From the NCBI RefSeq assembly GCF_009914755.1, contig NC_060926.1: a stretch of 64,000 bases of DNA; one strand, 5' to 3'. This DNA comes from the human T2T-CHM13v2.0 reference genome, Homo sapiens. The notes beneath the pieces were generated by a model. It was not told the origin of the DNA and searched no databases. It was given only the letters and a program-made list of their open reading frames with translations. A program made the position numbers and the translations under genes. Every line of letters starts with the position of its first letter. Position 1 is the first letter of the stretch. Shown here piece after piece: positions 1-15,410 of this stretch.

Positions 1-2844
1 TCTTGTTGTTATCAGCTCTCAGTTTAATACTGAGGCTGGCTAGCTTGCATGAGTTAGCTTGGATTAAACTGCAAAGTAGGTTTCTGTCTTCATGAACTAC
101 CACTTTTATTGCTCAGGTTTTTTTTTTTTTTTTTTTTTGTGACTGAGATGGGAATATGGGTTTGAGTAAGGGTATTTTGGTCATCTTTAATGAGAAACAG
201 GTTAAATTAATAAAAAAAAAACCTAAAAAATGCTAGAGAAGAAAATGATAATAGTAACTTGAGGTGCTGTAATTGGACAGTAAGAGGCATAAATCTGACA
301 TAACCACAAGACTAAGTGTTATTTTCCCTTGAAGTCATGTCTCCATAACTAAAGCCTGTTTATATGGCAAATAACCCGAGGATTCATTTCATCATAATAT
401 GTTCAGGTAGTACTGCAGTCTTCTTATTGACTGAAACAATGAGAATCAAATCTCCAACTGTTACTGACTAGTAAAATGTACTAGGTTAATGATTTTTTTT
501 TTTTAATTTGCCTTCATCAGATAACCCACTATTTTTCTGGCTAATTTGGAATTCAGAAGTAACCTTTGTTTCCTGTTTAGCAATTCTTAACGTTTCCTTT
601 TTTGTTGTTTGTTTTTGTTTTAACATAGCAGCAGGATAGGACACAATTACTTCACACAGAGTGGCTCACTTTCACGGTGCTCTTGAGTAAATACAGAGAC
701 CCTGCTCATGTCTGCCTGTATTGAGAATCATCGTTCTAGCACTTCCAGTCAGTTCAGTTCCGTGGGTAATTACGAGCACCTTGGGCTAGTAGAATCCCTT
801 CCTTCATAGCTTAAATTTTCCCCAGCTCTTCAGAGCTTGCCCATTTTTTCGTGTTTTGGTTCAGGCTATGCAAACTCTGTAAAGTTTGTCCCAGCTCCTC
901 TTTTTTCCCATTTACATTTCTTGTGTCCAGATCAGTTTTGTTTTTGACCAATGATATGGATGGCATGCTTTATGAGCTCTATGCTGCCTCTTACTTTCTT
1001 CTCATCAATTCTATGACCCAAGGCGACAACATCCTGTCCCACATTTAACCTTTTATTTATTTATTTATTTATTTTTCTGGCAGGCTTTAAGGATAGTTGA
1101 CCAGGGTGAGGAATTCAAACATAATGTGGCACAGGGTTAAGTTAACTAGCTCACATTCAGGTGAAAGAGGAGAGCTTATTAGAACCAAATAATGTAGCTG
1201 TTGATTCCATTGGCTCTGCTTTCTAAGTAGTAACTCAACTGGTCACAGGCACAGTACTTACTAGGTGACTGTATAGGGCAGTATCTGTCTAACTAAGATG
1301 TTCTTAAAAGCTTTTTTTTTTTTATTCCTGAGGATTAGATGACTCAGTTTTTTATTTTTTTTCAGATAAAGGAACATAGTATCAATTTTCTGAGCCCTTA
1401 TATGAGCTAGACTGTTTGATGTTCACTGTCTACTCTCTGACACTCCTACCTAGGATCATGAACCTTTAGTAAAAAGGACCCATAATATACCCTGTCTCTT
1501 AGGTGACTCTATATCCACTGATAAATATTGTAAATTGCTCTTTAAAATTTAGAGATGTTATGATTAACACGCCCTTCCATTCACTCTAACATCATTTCTG
1601 TGAATATCGAGAGGACATATTTGATCTGTTTGATTAGGGCAAGATGGTCAGACAATGGCTGTGCCAGGTCATAGTCTAGCATTTGTGATTACTGGGTCAC
1701 ATGGGCTTCATTATGCTAATAACTATGCTATCCATCCATACAGATATTTAACTTACTGACTTCGAGGTTATTTCAGATATTTTCCATATCTTGGGGAAAT
1801 TATACGTCATTAGATGTAAAGTCATTTTAATTAAGGGTACATTAAAAGTAAAAAACAAATTATTGATGGGGTAATGTCTCAAGCATCAGCAGACTCCATG
1901 AATGAGAGCAGTACTGCTCAGACACCAATCATTCTTGTCTTTAGCTGCAGCTTATTTTATTTTTCAGAACCATCTCTAATTAGAGTTTTGAAACGAGACC
2001 CCATAAACAAACTCTAAATTATATTTGACAAACTAGATATTCAATTTTAAATATTCTGCATGTTCTAATACACAGCAGAGAGCCCAGAGAAACATGACCA
2101 GCATAGCAAGTGAAGTCAGCAAACATGATCAGAATGCATAATGCAAAATCCATACTCAGTAGTTAACTTTTTTGTTTTTCTTTTATAATTAATGAATACC
2201 AGAATATTCTGTTTGTGGAGAAGTTGGATTAAAACCATAAATTATTATTGAAGCAGCCAGGTACAGGTTTGACATTATTATGCACAGTGAGAGGTGTTTA
2301 AGCATTAAACTGTTTGAGGCACCATCATCAAATAATTTTAGTTTGAATTTGTTATATTTTAAAGGTCCAGATTAGCCCATATTTCTTTGAAGGCCATCCT
2401 TAGATAATATTTTATATATTCCTTAATCATTTCAAATATTGTGCTTATATTGCTTGGAGTCTTAGCTCCAAGGACTCTTCTTTCTAAGAGTATAGTAGGG
2501 CTCCACCCACAATCAATAGCTGCTTTAACACATTGGTATGTGGAGACTTTTTGGAGACATTTGGTGTTGTAGAAACTGTGTGTTTCAAGTCTGAAAGTAA
2601 CATGGTTGAGGTAGATTTCAATATGTTTCATATCACTTCATGTAAACAAGCAGATTCTTCAATTGCTCACATACTCTTTGAAGAAATGAAATTTGATCAG
2701 AGGGGGAAAAATATTACCTGAGCCATGGGATTTCTGTGATTTTCTTTGTATATTTCACAAACCCAGCACTTAGTGGAATATTGACTAGGAAACAAAATCA
2801 CTAAAATTTTTACGGCTGTATTTTGGAACTTCCAATTTCTCTCT

Positions 2845-3900
2845 TTCATTTTACAAGTGTTTATTATGTACTTACTATGCACTAGGCAATCTTTCTCGAA
2901 CTAGGAATAAAATGATAAGCAAGAAAGGCCAAGCCTTTGTGCTCATACAACTTATATCTTGGAGAGTGAAACATATGATAAATAATAAACAATAAGATAT
3001 TGTAAGTTCTACTCCTTGTGACTGCTATGACAAAAAATAAAACGAGAATAAAGGGAGTGAGTGGTGTCTGTTTTATAAAGTGGACAGAGAAGACCTTGTA
3101 GAGGTGATAGTTAAGCGGTCTGACAATAGAGGAGGGGGCATTTCATGACAAGATAACAATGACAGACAGTATTCAGCCACTTTCTCTACTTAGCCACCTT
3201 CTAAGCATCTTACACAAATAAAATCATTTGATCCCCATCACGACTCTCTGAAGTAGGTGTGACTATTATCCTCATTTGACTGACAGACTGAGAGTCACAG
3301 GCACTAGGCAGTTTTCCAAGGTCATGCACTTAGCTTGTGTCAAAGCTAGGCCTTTAACCCAGCAAGTCAGGATTCAGCATCCACATTATTAACTGCTGCA
3401 CTACCTTGCTGAGAGAAGATGTCTCTAGATAGAGAAAACAGTCAATGTAAGGTTGTAAAGATATCAGTGTCATAAAATGTCAGGGTACTCAATGAATGAC
3501 AAGCATCTCAGTGTGGCTGAGAAAGGTGAGGAGAAGAGAAGTATCAGATGAAGCCGCAATACAGTATACCATGGTAAGTCTTTGGCGTTTATTTTGGGCA
3601 CAATGAGAAACCTTGCAGGCTTTTAGGTAGAGAGGCAACATTACTTGTTCTAAGCTTTCAGAAAGACACTTTGGCTACTTCCTGGTAGATGAATTTTGGG
3701 TTAGTATGTCTGAAGACCAAAAAGAATGAGGGGTGTGTGTGCTGCTACAGGACAGGGACGTTAGTGGTTTAGGCTAGCATAGCTGTGTTAGTGAAATGTG
3801 ATGAGTTTGAGATACATTTGAAGGATGAGCCATCATGATTACACAGATCATATGTGGGAGAAAGGCAGGTAAAAATACATCCAAGTGGAGTGGTTTAGAC
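2845..3900 (-). mobile_element. L2 LINE 3' fragment, interrupted by a MIR
   Basis: Begins cattttacaagtgtttattatgtacttactatgcactaggca, a degenerate match to the reverse complement of the L2 3' end. Purine-rich L2-like sequence continues after the MIR. Confidence 0.65.
3195..3403 (-). mobile_element. MIR SINE
   Basis: gtaggtgtgactattatcctcatttgactgacagactgag...ccaaggtcatgcac matches the antisense MIR core. Confidence 0.7.
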
Positions 3901-4013
3901 ATGTTGAATATACAAATTAAACATTAAGACCATGGGCTAATCTCATCCATTAGTATACCAAAATGCATACTTAAACAAGTTCCAGCACAAATATCAATAT
4001 ATCATATTTCATC

Positions 4014-4685
<672 letters not shown>

Positions 4686-5249
4686 GAGTTAGAAATGAAG
4701 TAACAAGCTCAATAAATTACTCTTGAGTTGACTTGACAGGTGTCAGTGGGGTGCTACGCTATTCAGAATTTCCTTTTCCAATGGCAAAATTCAGCTAAAT
4801 GTCTATTTCTTGAGTCTCTGTTTTGTTGGCTAATTGGCTATTAGAGTAAACAGAAATATCATCTGTATAATCAAAATTCTAACAGGATAGGAAGGGACAG
4901 GGAAATATTCTTTAAGGAAATGAATAAGAGTGAAAAGGTTACTGAAGAAAGAGACACAGAGAATAAATGTCTTCACTACAAATACACAGCATTAATAGAC
5001 ATGAGCAGGGCACGAGCTGCCTAAATGTTTATTATATTTCCTTTTCCAGATGAGCTCTTTCCTTTTCCTTTTCAAACTGGCTTATTGTAGATCATGACTA
5101 AATATTAGAAAAATAACATCAGAAACGTGAGGAAGTTCAAAAGACCCACATTATATAATAAGATGACTTAAAAAATACATTTTGAAATATGCACATGTAA
5201 AACAAACTTACCAAAATGTTACACTGAGTGTTCTTCTGAATACATAATA

Positions 5250-5534
5250 AAATATATATGTATACATATATATGTTTGTACATATATGTATGTATGTATA
5301 TATACATATATGTATGTATATATGTATGTATATGTGCATATATACATACATATATGTATATGTGTATGTATATGTGTATATATACATACATGTGTGTATA
5401 TATGTATATATGCACACATGTGTGTATATATGCATACATATGTGTATATATGCACGTGTATATATGTATATATGCACACATATATGTGTATATATGTATG
5501 TATATATATACACACATATATACGTACATATATA
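5250..5534. repeat. Compound (TA)n/(TATG)n/(CA)n microsatellite
   Basis: About 285 bp of almost purely alternating purine-pyrimidine sequence. It is the source of the six overlapping Y/I/H/M/C/V-rich ORFs. Confidence 0.95.
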
Positions 5535-6268
<734 letters not shown>

Positions 6269-7310
6269 TAGTAAAAAATTTATAGGCATGCAACAACAAC
6301 AGAGTTCATTAGTCTGCATACTTAGCAAGTTGATTTAAAAATTTAGACTCTCAGACTTTGATCTGCAGAAGGGTATCCTGGTCCTGAACACTCAAAGGTA
6401 GCCAGACCTTGGTGCTTTTTGGACTTGGGTAATAACAGACAGCTGAAACCGAAACCTTCCCTAGAACAATTGTGTCTACAGTTCCCTTCACACTTCTAAT
6501 GTGTATAAAAATCACATGAATTATTTTAAACTAATGGCCACAACTTGGATAAATAAAATGCAAGAAATGAAAATCAGAGACTTTTCTCTCAAATTTATTC
6601 CTATTAAATCAGTACATCTTTGGTTCAGAAACCACTGTGAAATTTCAAGAATGCATAACATAGTCAGTACTATTTATAGCAATTTATAAAATACACTACC
6701 TAAGCATATAATATGGGATATTACAATATAGAATAATGGGAACACATCGCATTGTTAGCCCTGATTCAAAGCAAAATGAATAAAAGGAAAGTCATACTTT
6801 TTCCTTGTTCAGAATTTGTCTTTCAAAGTCAAAGCAAAGACACGAACTGATCTAACTCATATAGTGTCTTGAATATTTCTGGAATATTTATGCATGGCAG
6901 AGTTTATTCCAGAGACTATCACATGGAGCAAAATACAAAATAAAGGGGGAAGCTACTCTGCACAGAGCTCTGTAAATTTTTTGGGAATGTTGCACTAAAG
7001 AGATTCCAAGACAGCCCTCTGATATCCTGCCCCAAGAACACCCAACTCAATCTGCTAAATGCAAATTTCACTCATAAAGGCTATGTGGGGAATTCAGACG
7101 AGAAGTTTAAGAGAAGGGCCAAAAGGAAACCAAAAGACTGGGGAAGGAAATTAACCAAGTTCCAGAGCAATTTGCGAACCAGTGAATTAGGAAGAGCTGC
7201 TAAATAATTGGGTAGACATAAAAGCACAAGCTCTCTGGAGGTCAAAAAGAGATAAGGTTCAGAAATAAGGTGTGTGGAGATTTCATGAAGGAGCCCCTTT
7301 GAATTACTTC

Positions 7311-7554
7311 TTTTTTTTTTTTTGAAATGGAGTCTTGCTCTGTTGCCCAGGCTGGAGTGCAGTGGCACAATCTCGGCTTACTGCACCCTCCGCCTCCTGG
7401 GTTCAAGTGATTTCCAGCTAATTTTTGTATTTTTAGTAGAGACAGGGTTTCACCATGTTGGCCAGGCTGGTCTCGAACTCCTGACCACAAGTGATCTGCC
7501 TGCCTCGGCCTCCCAAAGTGCTAGGATTGCAGTCCTGAGCCACCGCACCTGACC
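7311..7554 (-). mobile_element. Alu (AluSz/Sx-like) with ~50-bp internal deletion
   Basis: gggttcaagtgattt is joined directly to ccagctaattttt. TSD tgaattacttctttt at 7300-7314 and 7555-7569. Confidence 0.92.
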
Positions 7555-8149
7555 TGAATTACTTCTTTTATTTTACTTTTCTTACTTTCTGAAGCCCACT
7601 GAAATTAGTAAAAATTAAAGACACAAAAAACTATCTGTACTCATCTTTAAAATGGCCATAATTGCATACCATATGCTCTGAAAAATATTACCTGGCAGAT
7701 ACAAGAAAAAGAAATAAAGAAGTTAAAACATCTTTTAAAGCATTCATGTAGGCAAGTCCAGGCTATGGTATTGCGAACCGTTTAGCACCCAGGACACCCT
7801 CAATCTCTCTTTATTGAGTGAAGAACAGCATGATTTGATTTGGACCACCCATAATTCCAGAACAATGTAGCATTCTGAAAGTGAGCTAGTTCTAAGAGGT
7901 CTCATAAATACCTTAACGTGGGGTGTGAGAGACAGCTGTGGAGTCACGCCAATGCAAAATAATGTTACTCAGAGTGAGACAGTTTCTACTAAGTCTAACT
8001 GCAGACAAAATGGGACTGAAGATGAGATAAAGATGAGACCATTTTTCTCCACCCACCACCCAAGTCAGTTAGGAGAGTCATCTGAGAAGGTAGGGGTAGA
8101 AGATGTAGGAAAGAATAAGCCGCAGCTAGTTGGGTGGCTGCTTAAAGCT

Positions 8150-9020
8150 GAGTAGTGACAGCTAAATGTCTCCTGACATCCAAACAAAAGGCTTGTGAGG
8201 AAACTTTCAAAGAAAGACCTTCCAAAAACAGCTATGCTGGCTAAATTATTTTAAAGTTTCAAGAAACAGATAACTTTCTTGCTAGTTAAACTATTTCAAT
8301 TGCTAAAATTCTTAGTTTGCTTTTTTACAAAAATGTATCATGTTAGTAAATCACAAGCACAGTGATATTAGCTCAATACCTGACAAAAAGTACTTAAGTG
8401 TCATTTCTAAGGAAAAATAAAGTAGTGCCTTTAGTGGTGGAGATGGAGATAGAGATGGGGAAGATGTTGGGGTGGGGTAAGGGTGGACATTTTCTTAAAA
8501 GAAAATACTTAATATGAGAAAGCAAAAAACAAAAAAACAAGGGAGAGAAGTTATCTTCATTGAGAAGCATTACCACCAAAGTGAGATATAAGTATCCACT
8601 GTCATTAATACTACTTAGCATTATTTTGGAAATGTTACCAATGGCAATTAAGATACTTTGTAAAAAGATACTAGTTATGACTACATATGCATCCTTGGAA
8701 AACCTAAGAGATTCAACTAAGATGGCTGTTTATAAAATTAATATGACTATTAGTATTGTTTGTATATTTGGCTGCTCCTATATAATAAGATCAAAGTCAC
8801 TTTTGTACTACCAAAAATACTGTAAAATGCCTATGATAAATTTTTTAAAGAAAAGCATGTACATAAGTTATATAATGCTTCTGTGGACATTTAAAAAATG
8901 AATAAATGAAGAATCACACTTTATTCTTCAATGATAATCTATAATTCAAAAGATTTGTTAGTATATATTACATTATTCTCTAAGCTAATTTATAACATCA
9001 ATGATAACATCTACAAAATG
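8150..9020 (+). mobile_element. Old L1M ORF2 fragments, highly degenerate
   Basis: A-rich sequence with L1-like phrases such as gaaaacctaagagattcaacta and tataaaattaatatg. Confidence 0.45.
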
Positions 9021-9483
9021 CTACTGTGTGCAGGGCAGGTAGTTTAGTGATACACAGGAATAATCAATAATATAATCCCCTTATAACTATTTTGTAATCT
9101 AATTAAAATGTAAATACTTTAGTGTCAAATGATACAAAAATCAACTTATGAAAAGCAACACGTTTTTCCAAGCATCTATCTCCAGTGTTGTGCCCTACAA
9201 ATAATCATTGCTGTTTACATTTTTAATTTCTATATTTAAAAAATTATCACCCATACACAATGAGCTTATACTATTATAAATGGACTCATATGCTGAATAA
9301 ACTACTGACTTTTTACAGTGATGGGTGAGAATTTATCTCACTTGCTCGATATCACTAAAATCCTATTTGTACTTATTATATTGGTTATCAATCTGTAGCT
9401 TGAATAACTAGTTTTCTACCCAACATGCATTTTTCTCTCTTCCCTAGGGAAAAAAAAATTCCCTTTGTAATAAGAAAGTTTTA

Positions 9484-9528
9484 CTTCAGCCTGGTGAGAG
9501 AGTGAGACTCTTTCTCAAACAAAAAAAG
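9484..9528 (+). mobile_element. Extremely 5'-truncated Alu (3'-terminal ~33 nt plus A-tail)
   Basis: cttcagcctggtgagagagtgagactctttctcaaacaaaaaaag, flanked by agaaagtttta at 9473-9483 and 9529-9539. Confidence 0.8.
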
Positions 9529-9929
9529 AGAAAGTTTTATGCTTTTTGTAACAAGAAAGTTTTATTCTTGTGACCTTTCCTCACCTTCTCCATTTTAACC
9601 TTCCAACCGCTGTAAATTGAATATTTATTTTCATATATCAAGGTTGATTATACTTACATTCAGTTTGCAACCCCAAGTACTCTATATTTCATCTATTGTT
9701 TCATTATAAGGGAATAAAATCAATAATTAGTATTTATATTTTTATACTTATGCGAATATTGTTTATTGTAGTTAAGTAGAACATTGTAATTACCTATCAT
9801 TTTCTTGGGTAATTAAAAATTTTTTTTTTCCTAGCGTCTTAATTGACTTTTTTTTTTTTTTTTTTTTTTTTGCTACATCTGTCTTCATAATCCAAGCTTC
9901 TTCAAAATTCTCAAACATATCCTCTAGCT

Positions 9930-10274
9930 CAGAGGACCCCAACCTTTTTGGCACCAGGGACCGGTTTCATGGAAGACAATTTTCCCAGGGATGGTGGGTG
10001 GTGGGCGTGGGGATGGTTTCAGAATGAAACTGTTCCACCTCAGATCATCAAATAGGCATTAGTTAGATTCTCATAAGGAGCACGCAACCTAGATTCCCAG
10101 CTTGCGCGGTTCACATTAGGGTTTGCGCTCCTGTGAAAATATATGGCATTGCTGATTCAACAGGAGGCAGTGCTCAGGTGGTAACACTCCCTACCACTCA
10201 CCTCCTGCTGAGCGGCCAGGTTCCTAAGGGGCCATAGACCAGTACCAGTCTGGACCGGGAGTTGAGGACCCCTG
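9930..10274. mobile_element. MER1B non-autonomous hAT-Charlie DNA transposon, full length
   Basis: Terminal inverted repeats cagaggaccccaac / gttgaggacccctg, internal ttttggcaccagggaccggtttcatggaagacaatttt, and a perfect 8-bp TSD ctctagct (9922-9929, 10275-10282). Confidence 0.92.
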
Positions 10275-10479
10275 CTCTAGCTCATGGCATTCCTTATTCG
10301 TCCAAGACCTTCCTCCTGAAGTCCCTCTCAATGTGCCTGGATGTAATGCTCTCAAATCCAGCTGCACAGGTGGCATCCTGGGTCTTCATTTATCTGTGTC
10401 TAAATTCACTCTCCCCTGGATCATTTACATTCATTTTCTTGATTTACTCTCTTCTTCCAATGACTTCCTATGATTAAGC

Positions 10480-11225
10480 AGATCTGTTAGATAGACTTTA
10501 TGAGAATTGGCATCTTGGTAAATTTCATGATATTGCTCTCACACATCTAATTGTAGATTCAAACATTACCCTCAAAATTGTAAGGAAATTTCCCTCATTG
10601 CATTCTAACAACCAAAGTACTCAATTAAATATCTAATCCCTGTCTTTATTTTAATTTTTTTAAGTTGTTCTCTATTTTCATCAGTATGGAGAAATTTTAA
10701 AATATATCTAAATTTGGAATATGAGTCTTTTATTATTTATCCTGCTTGAAACTTGGAATAATTTTTCAAATTTTTGATGTGTATCTCTATTTCACTTTGG
10801 AAAACAATTTCACATTGGTTCTTTGATAAATCTCTTGTTTTTCTGTTTCTCTTTCTGAAACTCCCATAAATCCAGTTTTGTGAATTCTGAATTAATGTTC
10901 TTTTCTATTATCTGTTCTATATTTTCACTGTCCTTGATATTTGATCCACAGTTTGGGAAGTAGCCCCAAGTTTACCTTTCAGGTTTCTATGGTTATAATT
11001 ATGACTATTTTGAAAATTGTATTCAAATTTCTAAGAACTCTTACCTTTTGGACTTTATTCATAACATGTTTTTGTTTTAAGAATAGTCTATATTTTTGTA
11101 GTTTCTCTTAAGACAAAATCAGAACTTTAAAAGTTGACTTTTGTTCCCTCAGTTTTCTGTTTCTTTTGAGGAAGTTTATTTATCTTGGTTTTCTTCTTTC
11201 AAATGTCAGATTATACTCAAATCTT
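10480..11225 (-). mobile_element. Old L1M (ORF1-region) fragment
   Basis: T-rich degenerate sequence resembling antisense L1M; boundaries uncertain. Confidence 0.4.
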
Positions 11226-11819
11226 TGCTAATTATTTGTTGTGTGTAAGATGATGCAAAGAGAGAATAGGAAATAACGTGACAAATTACATTTTTGTAGG
11301 TGAAAAAGGAAAAGCTAATCAAGATGTGTGTTTCCACAAATTCCAGAATATACAAGATTTTACTGTAAGACTTATTCACTTGGTATAAGAGACAAGTCAT
11401 TAAATTTATGTAGAAAATAATATGTGTTGTTGTTGTTTATCTGATAGATTAAACTATATTTATTTGTTTTATTTTGTTTTTAATATCCTAGGCTCTTCTA
11501 GGCATTGGAGATACAACTGTGAACATTAATAGACCAAATTTTCTGCCCTCACAAATAATAAAGAAAAGAAATAATAATATATATAACACATTTGCTATAT
11601 CAAAACTGAAAAGGAAGGGAAAGAGTATAAGAAATGTGTGTGGGTATATACATTGGGGAAGTCAGGTGAAAACTTTGTTTTGTTGTGTTATTCTTTTGCT
11701 TCTCATTGTTTGACAGACAGTCTTTGCTTAGGGAGTAAATATATGGCTTATAGAAATTACTTCTTGAAGTGCAGGTGGACAGTTTTCCATTAAAATAGAC
11801 ATCAACTTGAAAAAATGGC

Positions 11820-11990
11820 GGTAGTAAAAATAACTAGCCCATAAAATATTTACCATGGGTCAAATACTATTTTAATAACTTTACATTTTCCTAAAATTTG
11901 CTATGTAACTCATTCAATATCCATATTAACCCTATGATGTAAGTACTATTAATTATTACTACCATTTAAGTGAGACAAAGCTTAGCTTGA
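11820..11990 (-). mobile_element. MIR SINE
   Basis: taactcattcaatatccatattaaccctatgatgtaagtactattaattattactaccatttaagtgag. Confidence 0.6.
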
Positions 11991-13149
11991 AAACTGGCTT
12001 TATCAAGGGGGTTAAGTACTTGAGTATTATATGTTAATCATACTCCCCTACGAATAAAAAATTAACTCATCCTCATAAATATATATTAGTTTACAGATTG
12101 TATACCTATGCTACTGTAATTAATCTACATATTTAATGTTTCCAGTTTCATTAGATACTAAATAAAATAGAAGGTTTTTCCCCTCTTCATTAAGTCCACT
12201 TCTTTACCTTGTACACACACCCTGCTGCTATCTAGTAGAGAAAGAAGAAATATATTCAGGAAAAGTACAACTGAGTGAATCTCTGTAATCAGAATTGTTT
12301 CAGCTGGATCTTGAAGAATTAGTAGTATTTCAAAGCAGGGACATGACCAAAATGCCTTCTGCATTATAAATGTATCAGCAAAACACTGATACAGGAAAAT
12401 GAAAGAAGCATTTGGGAAAGACTAAGTCAACCGGAACAGAGCAGTATTCATAGAAAAGAATAATGGGAAAAACCTGAAAAATGGATTAGAACAATATTAC
12501 TGAGGTTTCAATTCAAGAATGTATGGATCTTATCCTTTAACAATGAAAGTTAAAGAAATGTTTTGTAAATGGCTAGTGAGAGAATCAAATGGTGTTTTTA
12601 AAGTGCCACCTCATTTTTCATAGTAAAAGCAGCAGTTATAAACAAACACGGTAGAAAGAGATCTTAGATTTTCTTTTTCATGAAAGCAGGAAAAATGTAT
12701 TTTAGACACCAGGGGATTATCTCCTCTTCCTCCCTTGATTCCATTCCACCTATCATAATAATTTTCTTTGGTAACTCCTAAGTAAACATTTTCACATCCT
12801 AGTTAAACATGTTTAACAATTGAAAGATGTACCTAATGCCCTGCAGTTACAGACACATCCTGGAAGTCTGGTTACCTGACTCCCAATCTGTGATTCATCA
12901 CATATTGTTTCTGATTATCTTCACCCAGTTGAATAGTAAATGCAGAGGCCAGTGTGATGTATAATAATGAAACCCCTGTATTCTTGCTCCGATCTGCCCA
13001 TTTTATTCCTCCCTTCTCAGAAATTTCAACCCTAAAATGTGACAAAAATATGTATTTTGATAAAGTATTTCAGGTAATTTATATTTTTCTTGTATAATTT
13101 TCTTACATATGCATTACAGAAATAAAAATTATAATGTATGATTTCTTTT

Positions 13150-15010
13150 ATATATTGCTACATATAGTTGGCTAATTTTACTGAAGATTTTTCTTCCATG
13201 TGAATGGATTTTTTTCCTTGTACTATCAATGGTTTTTGTGTCAACATTTTACAAGCATCATAACATACATTGAGTAGTATTACTTCTCTCTTCATTTATT
13301 TCATTTCTTCTCATTTTCATACATTGAGTAGTACTTCTTTTTTCATTTCATTTCTTTCCTATTCCGTATATGACTTTGTTTAAAATTGGAATTACCTTAG
13401 AATATATAAACTTAATTATAAAGCAACTAGGCCCTGTAGTTGATTTGTAAGAATATTTTCTTTTTCTGAGCATGTTTGTTTTCTTCTTGTGTCAGTAGTA
13501 ATAAGTTGTATTTTTCTCAGGATTTATGGATTTTATCTAGATTTTCAAATGCATCAGCATAAAGCTTTTTATAGTATTTCATGATTTTAAAAATTGCTAA
13601 TATTGTTTATGCCTCAATCTAGCTGACTGCTATTCATTTACTATTATTTTTGATGGAAACTTTTGAATGTATTAGTTCCTCATTTGATTTTTATTTCAAT
13701 GAATTGTATAAATTTATTATTTTCTTTCTTCCTTTCTCCCTTTTTTTACTTCTTTGAAATGTTTCCAGATTTTCTCCTTTCCACATTTGAAATTGGTTAC
13801 TTAGTTCAATCTTTTGAATTTTTCACCATTTTGAATGCATATACTTAAGACTATAAATTTCATTTAATTGATACCTTAGCATTATCCCTAAGTTGTAACT
13901 ATACTAATTTTCTTATCCCATTACAAATATTTTTCATATCCATTATAATTATTTAATTCGTGAGTTATTTAGAATTGTTTTTAAATTGCTAATCATAATT
14001 TTTGTAATTATTAATCAAAATACATTGTTGTTGGACTTCTGATATGTAGAATTTCAAACCATTGAAATTTGTCAGACTTGTATACCTAGCACACAGCAGA
14101 TTTTTAACAAAGTTTATGAATTCTACAATTGTTGGTTGCAATATTTATATTCATCCACTAGTTAGGTTAGTTAAAATAATTGTTTAAATATTCTAAATTT
14201 CTATTTGTATTCTTGCTTGTTAAATCTATTAATTAGGAAAAAAGCTAAAACATTTATCAATCTCTCCTTATAGTTCCATCAGTTTGTGTCCAAGTTATTT
14301 TGATATGTCGTTCTTTGTGTAGACGAGTTTAGATTCATTGTTTTTAATCATCAAGAAAATTTGAAGCTTTTAATATTATGAAGTAATATTCTTTATTAAA
14401 ATAATTTTTCTTTATTAAAATCTATTTTAGTTAAATAAAATAAATTCTATTTTACTTGCTATTAATAACTATTTGTTTAATGACACCAACTCTGTTAGTA
14501 TTTGCCTAATAATTCCTTTTTATTATCTTTCTTAGTATTTCTCTCTTTTTTTCATGTCTTAGGTTGATTGCAGCTGATAGCATAAAACTATATTTTTGGA
14601 ATCTAGCCTGCTGTTGTTATCTTTTAAACTAAGATTTTAGTCCAATTACATTATTAGTTAATAAAGGCAGTCAGAATATAGAAGTTCAGAATTCTGAATC
14701 TGCCACTTATTACCAGGTACATGACTTTGTGCAAAACACAAAGACTTTCTATGTCTCTTCATTATTTGTTAATTTGGATTTATAGTGCCAATTCTCTCAT
14801 GAAGATATTGTGAAAACTAAATATATTAATATTTGTAAATTCTTTTTAACAGTCTCTGGAATATAGTAGGTTCTATACAATGGTGTGTTATTGTATTTAA
14901 ATTAAATTTCTCAACTGTTTTGCTCATTGTTTGCAGTATAGTTAATTTATACTGTTTTATTTCTACCAATGTTTTTCTCCTTTTTACCTTTTGTTGATTC
15001 ATTTAAAAAT
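13150..15010 (-). mobile_element. Old L1M ORF2 fragments (antisense), with a nested MIR
   Basis: Antisense L1 phrases such as ctataaatttcatttaattgataccttagcattatccctaagttg and ttttcaaatgcatcagcataaag. Confidence 0.55.
14665..14893 (+). mobile_element. MIR SINE
   Basis: ttctgaatctgccacttattacc...tgactttgtgcaaa...ctctcatgaagatattgtgaaaactaaat. Confidence 0.65.
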
Positions 15011-15119
15011 ATTTTAATCACACTTAACTTTAAAAATCTCTCCTTGCTTTATCATCTTTTTTCAAAGTTTATCATGGTTTTCCCCAGCAAACAGTAAAAA
15101 AGTCTGTTCAAGAATGAAA

Positions 15120-15410
15120 GCCAGACTGTAAAGTGCTGCCTGTAATCCCAGCACTTTAGGAGGCCAAGGGAGGATGATTGTTTGAGGTCAGGAGTTTGAG
15201 GCCAGCTTGGGCAACATAGAAATAACTTGTCTGTACAAAAAATTTTAAAAATTAGCCAGGCATGGTGATATTCACCTGTAGTCCTAGCTACTTGGGAGTC
15301 TGAGGCAGAAGAATTGCCTGAGCCCGGGAGGTCAAGACTACAGTGAGCTATAAGTGACTCCAGCTTAGGCAGCAGAGTGAGATTCTGTATCTTACAAAAA
15401 AAAAAAAAAG
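15120..15410 (+). mobile_element. Alu, AluJ
   Basis: Dimer with AluJ-type features ggaggatgattgtttgagg, gggcaacatag and gaggtcaagactacagtgagcta, plus A-tail. Confidence 0.9.

Noticed and set aside
600-1300. Unique-looking sequence as a miRNA or other ncRNA
   Set aside because: No hairpin or known RNA family recognised; conservation cannot be judged without an alignment.
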